Below are positions 1 to 6,694 of a stretch of 23,612 nucleotides of DNA, one piece after another. The notes below the pieces were generated by a model. That model had not been told where the DNA came from. It ran no database searches and saw only the letters and a program-made list of their open reading frames with translations. Numbering within the stretch: the stretch's first letter is position 1; every line of letters begins with the position of its first letter. This stretch comes from a virus (lineage: Duplodnaviria; Heunggongvirae; Uroviricota; Caudoviricetes): the IMG/VR virus record IMGVR_UViG_2648501338_000019. The stretch is one strand, 5' to 3'. Both the position numbers and the translations under genes were made by a program.

Positions 1-351
1 ATGCGAGAGACAGTCGAAATTATGCGTTATCCCGTCACTCTTACACCCGCGCCGGAAGGCGGTTATATGGTTTCTTTTGTGGATATCCCTGAAGCGTTGA
101 CCCAGGGCGAAACTGTCGCTGAAGCGATGGAAGCGGCAAAAGATGCTTTACTGACCGCATTTGATTTTTATTTTGAAGATAACGAGCTTATCCCGTTACC
201 TTCGCCATTAAATAGTCACGATCATTTTATTGAAGTACCTTTGAGCGTCGCCTCTAAGGTATTGCTGTTAAATGCTTTTTTACAGTCAGAAATCACTCAG
301 CAAGAGTTAGCCAGGCGAATTGGCAACCCGAATGTAGTCAACCCCAAATAA
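1..351 (+). CDS. hicB: HicB-family antitoxin, N-terminal (HicA-binding) domain only; C-terminal DNA-binding domain absent. Likely true start is the ATG at 22 (MRYPVTL...)
   Basis: Translation MRYPVTLTPAPEGGYMVSFVDIPEALTQGETVAEAMEAAKDALLTAFDFYFEDNELIPLPSPLNSHDHFIEVPLSVASKVLLLNAFLQSEITQQELARRIG matches my recollection of E. coli HicB nearly residue for residue; it then diverges (NPNVVNPK, stop) at about nt 322-330 where a full HicB would continue into its DNA-binding domain. Confidence 0.7.
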   Translation: MRETVEIMRYPVTLTPAPEGGYMVSFVDIPEALTQGETVAEAMEAAKDALLTAFDFYFEDNELIPLPSPLNSHDHFIEVPLSVASKVLLLNAFLQSEITQQELARRIGNPNVVNPK

Positions 352-574
352 CTAAAAATTTTGCAATAAAAAGCCCCATCACAAGGACAAGGCTTAGAAA
401 TCAACTAATTAACATAGTTTCCAGATCAAAAGGGTTATAATGAAATCCATAAAAGGTGATCTGTTAGCTGGGTGCTGTATATCTAAAATGTTACTTAATT
501 AATATCGTTCTGGTGGTTAGCTTTCATCGCATCCCACCAATCTTTTGTGATCTTCATGTTATTGAATTTCATAA

Positions 575-1342
575 TTATTTGCACCCGTACTGGTCAATGT
601 ATGTTCTTGAATATTTTTTATGTACTTCTAAGCGAATCATATCTTGATTATCACGCCACACATAATATTTTTTGTTATCCACTTGGCCTTCATATTGCAT
701 TGCGCCATTCTGATGCGTCACTGTTTTTGTCTTTGCTTTATGCGCGTCATAATTATCACGATACACAAATTCAATAATTTCCCCGTCTTTTACTTTAAGT
801 TTAAGTTCACCAGAGTTATAACGAGGATAGCCAATGTCTTTAACTGCTTTTGTTTCTACCCCGTCTTGGATTTCCCAGCTATAGTGAACATCGCATTGCA
901 ATGTCATGTCTCCGGTAAATCCTTTTGGTTTATCTTCAACCTTCGGTTCTTCCACCACTTTTTCTTCCTGTTTCGGTTGTTCTTCTTCAACCTTCGCAGA
1001 AGTCTCTGAAACGCTCCCTGACGCGGTTTCTTCTTTAGATAATACATTCATCAAGTTTTGGATTTGAGCGTTGTATACAGCCTCCAGTGGCTGAATCTGC
1101 CCGATATTGATCATTGTGTCACGAACAGTTTTATTCCAGTTACGTTGCTCTTGTTTAAGAGACGGATTAATCTTAACAGCCTTAACATATACTTCATGAA
1201 GTTTAGAATCCAGTGCGGAGATTGACTCATTAGCACAAATAAACTTCTCTGATTTGGTAGTAGCCTTAGTGCAATCAAAGGACGCAGCATCAGCACCGAA
1301 AGCAGTAGCAGAAAGCATGATAGCAGCGATAATGTTTTTCAT
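575..1342 (-). CDS. secreted protein with N-terminal signal peptide and LprI/DUF1311-like domain, E/K/P-rich linker and a C-terminal beta-rich domain
   Basis: ORF of 255 aa; N-terminus MKNIIAAIMLSATAFGADAAS resembles a Sec signal peptide; FDCTKATTKSEKFICANESISALDSKLHEVY...QRNWNKTVRD resembles the DUF1311/LprI fold; SD AAGAGGT upstream of the ATG on the minus strand. Confidence 0.55.
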   Translation of the reverse strand: MKNIIAAIMLSATAFGADAASFDCTKATTKSEKFICANESISALDSKLHEVYVKAVKINPSLKQEQRNWNKTVRDTMINIGQIQPLEAVYNAQIQNLMNVLSKEETASGSVSETSAKVEEEQPKQEEKVVEEPKVEDKPKGFTGDMTLQCDVHYSWEIQDGVETKAVKDIGYPRYNSGELKLKVKDGEIIEFVYRDNYDAHKAKTKTVTHQNGAMQYEGQVDNKKYYVWRDNQDMIRLEVHKKYSRTYIDQYGCK

Positions 1343-1563
1343 TTTATACCTCTTTTGGTATGGACTGACTTTTAGATGCTTACTTTATTGATTTTTGATA
1401 TTTTTTCAATTATTGGGGTGAGATTTAGTAATTAAATTAAGAAATTAATACTTGACAAATTAAAAAGGTACTGTTCCATGGATGAAATAAAGGGAGTTTT
1501 CGGCACCCTGGTATTTGATGTGCGTGTGAGATTCTAAAACGTGATCACTTCACTTATGGCGCG

Positions 1564-1576
1564 GTCGCTACGCGAC
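1564..1576. other. GC-rich inverted repeat (GTCGC-TAC-GCGAC) in an AT-rich leader about 125 bp upstream of the small terminase gene; candidate packaging (cos/pac) site
   Basis: Seen directly; position relative to terS is analogous to lambda cos upstream of Nu1. Flanked by TTAGA-n-GCG direct repeats and a TGCGTAA / TTACGCA inverted pair at about 1650-1690 that could be terminase-binding elements. Confidence 0.2.
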
Positions 1577-1700
1577 TATTAACCCACTTCCTAACCCTTA
1601 CCATTACTGGATCTTTCCCTTCGTTAGAATGCGATTTAGGCGCTTAGATTGTGCGTAAAACCAATAAATAAAATTACGCAAATTTAATGGAGGATAACCA

Positions 1701-2255
1701 ATGAAAGAAGAATTAACCCTTACAGAAATTTCCCGTTTATATGGCTATACATTGAATGGTGGCGGTAAGCGATGGTTAGAAAGGGGATTGCCATTTAACA
1801 CCAATACCCGCCGCGTGCCAGCCAAAGAAGGAACAGAATGGGTCTTGAAAAATATTATCAACCCGCTTAAACAAACTTCTATCAAAGAACAAATCGACGT
1901 AGAGAAATTACGCCGTGAACGTGCTTTGGCAGATGCAGCCGAACGAGAGAACCAGGAAAAAATGAATCTCCTGATTCCTGTCGGTTATGTAGAACAGGAA
2001 CTAGCGGAATACTGCGGGAAAGTGAAACAGACTATTTTGCAGATTTGTACGATCGATGCCCTAGAAATTTTAGAATCCGCCACTGATCAGAAAACATTGA
2101 AGAATAAGCTAAGGGAGATCATCGAACGTCGTTTAAATGAAGTAGGGGACTTGTTCGAAAATGCAGATTTGGGAGAAGACGAGGAAGAAGAATTAGCATT
2201 AATGGATGAACCGGAACAAGAACCAGAAGAAGACGATGAATTTGATGTGTCTTAA
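1701..2255 (+). CDS. terminase small subunit, lambda Nu1-like
   Basis: 184 aa; N-terminal winged-HTH-like segment with the GGGK motif (LNGGGKRWLERGLPF) and a following KLRRERA coiled segment resemble lambda Nu1; acidic C-terminal tail; SD GGAGGA 7 nt upstream of the ATG. Confidence 0.7.
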   Translation: MKEELTLTEISRLYGYTLNGGGKRWLERGLPFNTNTRRVPAKEGTEWVLKNIINPLKQTSIKEQIDVEKLRRERALADAAERENQEKMNLLIPVGYVEQELAEYCGKVKQTILQICTIDALEILESATDQKTLKNKLREIIERRLNEVGDLFENADLGEDEEEELALMDEPEQEPEEDDEFDVS

Positions 2256-2306
2256 AAATTAGATACTAAACATATACGTGAAGGATGTTGAGCTGGTCAA
2301 CGTCTA

Positions 2307-2339
2307 CGGGGGAGAACATCCCCCGCTAACCTTTTTCTT
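2307..2339 (+). terminator. stem-loop CGGGGGA-GAACA-TCCCCCG followed by a T-rich run; probable terminator/attenuator after terS
   Basis: 7-bp G/C stem seen in sequence; the T-run is separated from the stem by about 6 nt, so termination efficiency is uncertain. Confidence 0.45.
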
Positions 2340-2355
2340 ATTTGAGGATTTACCT

Positions 2356-2457
2356 ATGGTTGAATTTTTGATTTATCTGGCTGTAGGATTAACTATCGTA
2401 TATTCACTTGCTCACATTGGCATTTCTACTGTGTGTAACGCTTTCAAGTATCATTAA
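2356..2457 (+). CDS. small hydrophobic peptide (33 aa), one predicted TM segment
   Basis: ATG preceded by GAGGAT SD (TTTGAGGATTTACCTATG); product MVEFLIYLAVGLTIVYSLAHIGISTVCNAFKYH is almost entirely hydrophobic. Confidence 0.3.
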   Translation: MVEFLIYLAVGLTIVYSLAHIGISTVCNAFKYH

Positions 2458-2510
2458 TTAAATCGATGAATTGAACTATAGATGATGGTCGTTTTCAAAG
2501 AGGATTATCT

Positions 2511-2684
2511 ATGGATCTTTTTGTCTACTTTGCTACTCTGCTGTTTTTGACTATCGTCGCTGGCATTAAATTGATTTTTATATCGCTGGTGGTGTTTTTC
2601 AAATTTCTAATCGGTACGCCTTACGGCTGGGTATGCTTAATCCTGTTTATTCTTTTTAGTTGCTGTAAAAAGGATACTAAATAA
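2511..2684 (+). CDS. small membrane protein (57 aa), two predicted TM helices, lysine-rich C-terminus
   Basis: ATG preceded by AGAGGAT SD; product MDLFVYFATLLFLTIVAGIKLIFISLVVFFKFLIGTPYGWVCLILFILFSCCKKDTK. Confidence 0.4.
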   Translation: MDLFVYFATLLFLTIVAGIKLIFISLVVFFKFLIGTPYGWVCLILFILFSCCKKDTK

Positions 2685-2842
2685 TAGTGTAATCTGCCTT
2701 TTCTCCTTATGGTTATTAACAGGGGATCTTCTTTGAGGATTCCCGATTAAAAGCCATAAAACACACTCCAGTACAGTGTTTTCATAGTCAGTGATCTATA
2801 CAACACAAAAACATAACAAGTATAGATTGAGTATTAATCCTC

Positions 2843-2868
2843 CCGCCCTTCGGGGCGGTTATTTTTCT
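2843..2868 (+). terminator. rho-independent terminator (CCGCCC-TTCG-GGGCGG followed by TTATTTTT)
   Basis: Perfect G/C stem with a UUCG-type loop immediately followed by a T-run. Confidence 0.6.
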
Positions 2869-2942
2869 GGCTTTAAAGAATAATGTAGCATTATGTTCAT
2901 TATAACCTCATCTTTGTTGTGCAAACCTAACCTAAACTTACT

Positions 2943-2967
2943 AGGGACTCTTCGGAGTCCCTTTTTT
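2943..2967 (+). terminator. rho-independent terminator (GGGACTC-TTCG-GAGTCCC + T6); overlaps the stop codon of the convergent minus-strand gene
   Basis: 7-bp perfect stem, UUCG loop, six T residues; sits at the convergence point of plus and minus transcription units. Confidence 0.6.
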
Positions 2968-3208
2968 ATGCAACAATTCGAAGTGTAGGTTTCTTATGTT
3001 GTGTAGGTTTAGTTTCATTTCGCCACTCAGGAAACACCTGATCCATCATAACCGCATTAGTCTCATCAATCAGTTTTAAGGACTTTCTCAACGCCTTATT
3101 ATCAGCTTTAAGAGTTTTAATCTCTGATTCCATCGCTACCATTCTTTCTTTCATTTTGGTAATTTCTAACATCAGATTACCAAGAAATTCTTTGTTTTGA
3201 TTAATCAT
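2966..3208 (-). CDS. hypothetical coiled-coil protein (80 aa)
   Basis: ORF immediately downstream of the 347-aa gene on the minus strand; heptad-like ITKMKERMVAMESEIKTLKADNKALRKSLKL. Confidence 0.5.
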   Translation of the reverse strand: MINQNKEFLGNLMLEITKMKERMVAMESEIKTLKADNKALRKSLKLIDETNAVMMDQVFPEWRNETKPTQHKKPTLRIVA

Positions 3209-3223
3209 AGAATTACCTCTCTA

Positions 3224-4267
3224 TTAAGCTGCGTAGGCGTAGGCGTAGGCGTAGGCGTAGGCGTAGGCGTAGGCGTAGGCGTAGGCGCTGTAGTTGGTGT
3301 CATAGATAGCGTCATGCAGTGCCATCTGTGCTTCGCGGATCTCGTCTTCGTTTACTTCAATCTCTTCTTGTTCTTCTTCGGTATCTTCCCAAGTGGTTTT
3401 GAATTTAGCCATAAAGTTATTGCGCAGGGATTCAAAGTTAGTAACAGGTGCGGATTTTTCTTCAACCGGAACTACTACCGGATCAGCTTCTTTCTGTTCT
3501 TCCTGTCCTACTTTTTCACCGTTACCCCAGCGATAGTTAAGGAGTTCTTCCAGTTCTTCATCAATGGATTTTTCTTCAACTGCTTCAACTTCAACCGCTG
3601 CTACTTCGAAAGTGGTTTCCTGCGCTGCCAGTTCAGCTTTCAGAGATGCGTTTTCAGCTTCCAGTTCAGCAATGCGTGCTTTCAGTGCTTCAACTTCGGA
3701 AGATTCAACCACTGCAACTTCTTCTTTAACTTCTTCAACTACTACCGGAGCAACTTCTTTCTGTGCTTCTTTTTTGCAGAAGAAGGAGGAAGTAACCTGT
3801 AATGCGTGGTTGTAGAAGGAACCGCCTTTAGCGGTGTTAACAGTACCAGAAACATCCTTTACAGTGGATTCAGTAGCAACAGTACGGAAGCGTTTTGCAA
3901 CTTCCTGGGTCTCTACGCCGTATTCGTTACGCTTGCTCTTGTGATGCATTACAGCACGGAAGCCGGAAGCAGTTTTAATAACAGCGAGATAGTAAGTTTC
4001 ATCGGCTTTAACAGCACGAGCGAAGCAATAAACGGATTCACCTTCTACCAGTGTAGGTTTAACGTGACGTTTGTCGAAACGGTTAGTGATCTGCCATTCA
4101 GCACCGTCTTTGATGCCAGCATTCTGACGCATTTCGGTCAGAGTCTTACCGGATACTACTTCAAAGGATTTGTCTTGTTTGCTTGCTTTACCTTCCATAA
4201 CGGTAATGTTCAGTTTGCCGTTGGATTTGATGAATAGGTTGAAGGTGATGCGCTTAGAATTTTTCAT
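3224..4267 (-). CDS. hypothetical protein (347 aa): N-terminal globular domain, acidic linker, leucine-zipper-like coiled coil, acidic region and a C-terminal (Ala-Tyr)9 dipeptide repeat
   Basis: Good SD (AGGAG) 11 nt upstream of the ATG on the minus strand; sensible amino-acid composition, whereas the overlapping plus-strand ORF 3197-3802 is a Phe-rich low-complexity antisense artefact; coiled coil EALKARIAELEAENASLKAELAAQ. Confidence 0.6.
   Translation of the reverse strand: MKNSKRITFNLFIKSNGKLNITVMEGKASKQDKSFEVVSGKTLTEMRQNAGIKDGAEWQITNRFDKRHVKPTLVEGESVYCFARAVKADETYYLAVIKTASGFRAVMHHKSKRNEYGVETQEVAKRFRTVATESTVKDVSGTVNTAKGGSFYNHALQVTSSFFCKKEAQKEVAPVVVEEVKEEVAVVESSEVEALKARIAELEAENASLKAELAAQETTFEVAAVEVEAVEEKSIDEELEELLNYRWGNGEKVGQEEQKEADPVVVPVEEKSAPVTNFESLRNNFMAKFKTTWEDTEEEQEEIEVNEDEIREAQMALHDAIYDTNYSAYAYAYAYAYAYAYAYAYAA
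3231..3284. repeat. perfect hexanucleotide microsatellite (GCGTAG)9, which encodes (Ala-Tyr)9 at the 3' end of the minus-strand gene
   Basis: Nine uninterrupted GCGTAG units read directly from the sequence, followed by a degenerate unit GCGCTG. Confidence 0.95.
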
Positions 4268-4383
4268 TTATAAATACTCCTGAATGCTGTGTTAGTTTTA
4301 ATTGTTCATTTCAAGTCTCCTTTGCTGCAACAAGGGAGGCTTTTTATTTTTAAAGCCATCATATAATTCTCAGTGAAAGTGGA

Positions 4384-4563
4384 TTAACAAACTTGAACGT
4401 TAATCTTTACCTGAATTTCGTATTTCTTCATTAGCTTATAGAATCCGCTTCTATCAATCCCTTCCTTCTTAAAGAAGTTTTCCCCGCCTCGCTCAGTGTC
4501 GCTGTAAAACCGTTTAGCAATATCAACAATCATTTCACGAGTAAATTTAACAGGTCTAGCCAT
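4384..4563 (-). CDS. small HTH DNA-binding protein (59 aa from the ATG at 4563; the ORF track extends it to a GTG at 4578)
   Basis: MARPVKFTREMIVDIAKRFYSD...GIDRSGFYKLMKKYEI has a resolvase/transposase-type HTH signature; SD GAGGAA 9 nt upstream of the ATG at 4563. Confidence 0.5.
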   Translation of the reverse strand: MARPVKFTREMIVDIAKRFYSDTERGGENFFKKEGIDRSGFYKLMKKYEIQVKINVQVC

Positions 4564-4905
4564 AAATCGATTCCTCACATGTGGATTAATAATTCCTTAA
4601 AAAAGAGCTTTTCGCTCTGAACAATTCTATTTATAAAAATGATTTTCAAAAACTCTGTAAAACAACTGTATATCCGATCAGTGGGAGCACGAATTGCTAA
4701 AGAGAAGATTAATAATTAATCAATTCGTACAATATTCGACCGAAAAAGCACTGCATATCTAACCAGTGCTGTATGAATTAACAGTTAGTCAAGGGATTTT
4801 CAGAAGTGAACAATCATTTTTCATGCATTGTATTTATACACGAAAAATCATGCTTATCATCTATATGGGGATTGTTTGGAAAATTTCAACCCCTACCAAG
4901 GATAA

Positions 4906-4936
4906 AAAGTATAAAATAGTTCTTGACACATGTCAA
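4906..4936 (-). promoter_or_regulatory. candidate sigma70 promoter firing leftward (-35 TTGACA, 17-bp spacer, -10 TATACT); the -35 lies inside the inverted repeat TTGACA-CA-TGTCAA
   Basis: Hexamers and spacing read on the minus strand; the inverted repeat places a second TTGACA on the plus strand, which suggests an operator or divergent promoter. Confidence 0.4.
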
Positions 4937-4964
4937 CATTCATGATCTAAGCGAGAAAGGTGTA

Positions 4965-5133
4965 TCAAAATTTTTGTTTGAAAATGGCAAATAATGATTA
5001 TCAACCTTTTAAACCTTATATGGCACGGAGATCTTTTGAAAATTTCTTTTAAATCATGAATTTACATCTATTTTTGGTGGTTTTTTGGTTGAATAATATA
5101 CAAGAATTTTTTGTCAAAATTTTTGATTGAAAA
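4965..5133. repeat. AT-rich region with two copies of the 20-bp direct repeat TCAAAATTTTTG(T/A)TTGAAAA (4965-4984 and 5114-5133) and related A/T tracts
   Basis: Seen directly; lies immediately upstream of the iteron array. Confidence 0.5.
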
Positions 5134-5252
5134 CCTACACTACACACCTACCCTTTAAAGGGATTGGCCTACACTACACTAGCCAGTAAACCTACACTAT
5201 AACACCCTCAAACCTACACTATGAAACCTACACACCTACACTAACCCTACAC
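5134..5252 (+). repeat. iteron-like array: 7 perfect plus 1 variant copy of CCTACAC (4 as the 10-mer AAACCTACAC) in about 120 bp, three of them at 22-bp spacing
   Basis: Copies at 5134, 5169, 5191, 5213, 5227, 5235, 5246, with variant CCTACCC at 5147; counted directly. Confidence 0.8.
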
Positions 5253-5597
5253 TTCAATCACGTAAGTGTATGACCTTGAAAGGTATTATACCCCACAGAC
5301 CATAGAATATAAAATTCGAACTAACGTTCTCCTTTTTGCTCGCTTTCTCTCACTACGTTCAAGAAAGATCTCGCAAAAAGAATACGGCGTAGCCGTGCGC
5401 GTAGCGCCCACCAACACCTTCTAAGACCTGCAAGCAGGATTCGAAAGGGATTGATAGTTCGCTTCGCTCACGTTCACGCCTACGGCGTTCACTCACTTTT
5501 AAAAGGATTTTCTTAGAAAGGGATTTAATACTAGTTACTAACTGATTCTAGTAAACGAACGAAGTGAGTAACAATCAATTTCTAGAAAGGTATTGGT

Positions 5598-5626
5598 ATC
5601 CCTTCGGGATTGCAACCTTCGGTTGC
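5598..5626 (+). other. two adjacent UUCG-loop hairpins (ATCCC-TTCG-GGGAT and GCAACC-TTCG-GTTGC) in non-coding DNA; possible RNA 3' end or processing/stability element
   Basis: Perfect stems seen in sequence; no overlapping ORF; not followed by a clean T-run. Confidence 0.35.
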
Positions 5627-5867
5627 TAAATTGCTTCCTGATTATTATTTCTTCAAAAGAAAGATTCTTATATTCTAAAGATACTTCTTCGTTTTGATGA
5701 TGATTTAATCAAATCTATGAAGGGGGGCTTTAGCCCGACTGAATCCAATCATCTTTCAAGTACAGACCAGTTTTGGACTCTACCAGATCACTCTTTTCAT
5801 AATAACAAGAATTTTCTCTTTATAAATAATATTAGATTGATTCGCTTTCTTTTAGAGGATTTCCACT

Positions 5868-6335
5868 ATGAACCATAAAATGACTACCACTACTCCTTTC
5901 ATCCTGTTAGGTTTTGATGCTGATAGCTTCCACAATGACAAGTTAATGAAGATCTTTGTTGAACGTGGTTACAACATTCTTTTCAACTCTGATGAATCTC
6001 ATTTCTCTAGTGTATGGTATGCGTTTTGCCGTAATAAGAAGCCGACCATTGTTGTTAACGTCTTCACCGATGAAGGCCGCTTAAAGTACCAGAATATTCC
6101 AGCGATCATCGTTAGCGAATACCTTCCTTTCGAAGTCCGTTCCGGTGATGTTGATCTGGGTAGCTTCTTTACTCTTCAAGAACTGGATGAAGCAATGTTT
6201 AACTACGGCAAAGAAACCGCTCAGAAAGCACCAGAACGCGATGAAGAAGACGAAGATGATGATGACTACGCACCAATCGCTTTTTCTTCTCACGGTGGCT
6301 TCTACGGTTACGATGAAGGCTTAGATATGCTGTAA
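5868..6335 (+). CDS. hypothetical protein (155 aa) with a strongly acidic C-terminal segment (ERDEEDEDDDDY)
   Basis: ATG preceded by AGAGGAT SD; no family recognised from sequence. Confidence 0.55.
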   Translation: MNHKMTTTTPFILLGFDADSFHNDKLMKIFVERGYNILFNSDESHFSSVWYAFCRNKKPTIVVNVFTDEGRLKYQNIPAIIVSEYLPFEVRSGDVDLGSFFTLQELDEAMFNYGKETAQKAPERDEEDEDDDDYAPIAFSSHGGFYGYDEGLDML

Positions 6336-6457
6336 GTTAGGTCAACCCTTTGGCATCTTGTCAAGGGGTATTGGCAAAATTTTCAGACTTTTTTATGATT
6401 ATCGCACTTGACAACTTTGAACTGATTTGACCTAGGTTTGTAAAGAGGATGTGAACT

Positions 6458-6610
6458 ATGAATACTACTAAGAAAATTGATGGACGTAAAAACCCGAACC
6501 GCAAGCCGTGGACACCAAACCTGAATTTCTCGATGGTTGATTACCACGAACGCCAGCGCCAGATTCAAGAAGAAATTGATCGCTGCCTGGCTGAATACAA
6601 AACGAGATAA
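6458..6610 (+). CDS. small basic protein (50 aa)
   Basis: Not in the ORF track (under 60 aa) but has a strong AGAGGAT SD 7 nt upstream of the ATG; product MNTTKKIDGRKNPNRKPWTPNLNFSMVDYHERQRQIQEEIDRCLAEYKTR. Confidence 0.35.
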   Translation: MNTTKKIDGRKNPNRKPWTPNLNFSMVDYHERQRQIQEEIDRCLAEYKTR

Positions 6611-6694
6611 AACTTCTTATAAATAAAATTGTTCCGGTGGTGATGCCGGAACAGGGAGGATTAAATCACTAAACCGTTAAGGGGGATTTTTACT

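Noticed and set aside
547-1009. Plus-strand ORFs 547-777 and 644-1009 overlapping the secreted-protein gene
   Set aside because: Antisense to a gene with a clear signal peptide and SD; Phe/Ile-rich low-complexity sequence.
3197-3802. Plus-strand ORF of 201 aa with a (Val-Gly)9 repeat and extreme Phe content
   Set aside because: It is antisense to the 347-aa minus-strand gene, has low-complexity Phe/Cys-rich composition and no SD. The repeat is real but is read as (Ala-Tyr)9 on the coding minus strand.
4313-4350. Plus-strand terminator-like hairpin (TCTCCTTTG...CAAGGGAGG + T-run) between the minus-strand HTH gene and the 347-aa gene
   Set aside because: There is no plus-strand gene upstream to terminate, and on the minus strand it lacks a U-run. 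It may be an intra-operon RNA structure or an antisense terminator, but I could not support either reading; the stem also has a mismatch.
5134-5252. Possibility that the short repeat cluster is a CRISPR array
   Set aside because: Repeat units are only 7-10 bp with irregular 8-35 bp spacing and no spacer-like unique segments of constant length; no cas genes are present. Iterons or binding sites fit better.
5280-5640. Possible tRNA gene(s) in the structured non-coding region
   Set aside because: I could not build a cloverleaf: no acceptor stem pairing, no T-loop with a 5-bp stem (GGATTCGAAAGGG lacks flanking complementarity). The hairpins present are simple UUCG stem-loops.
6383-6568. Minus-strand ORF of 61 aa overlapping the 50-aa plus-strand ORF
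   Set aside because: No SD and odd composition; the overlapping plus-strand small ORF has a strong AGAGGAT initiation signal and is the more plausible gene.
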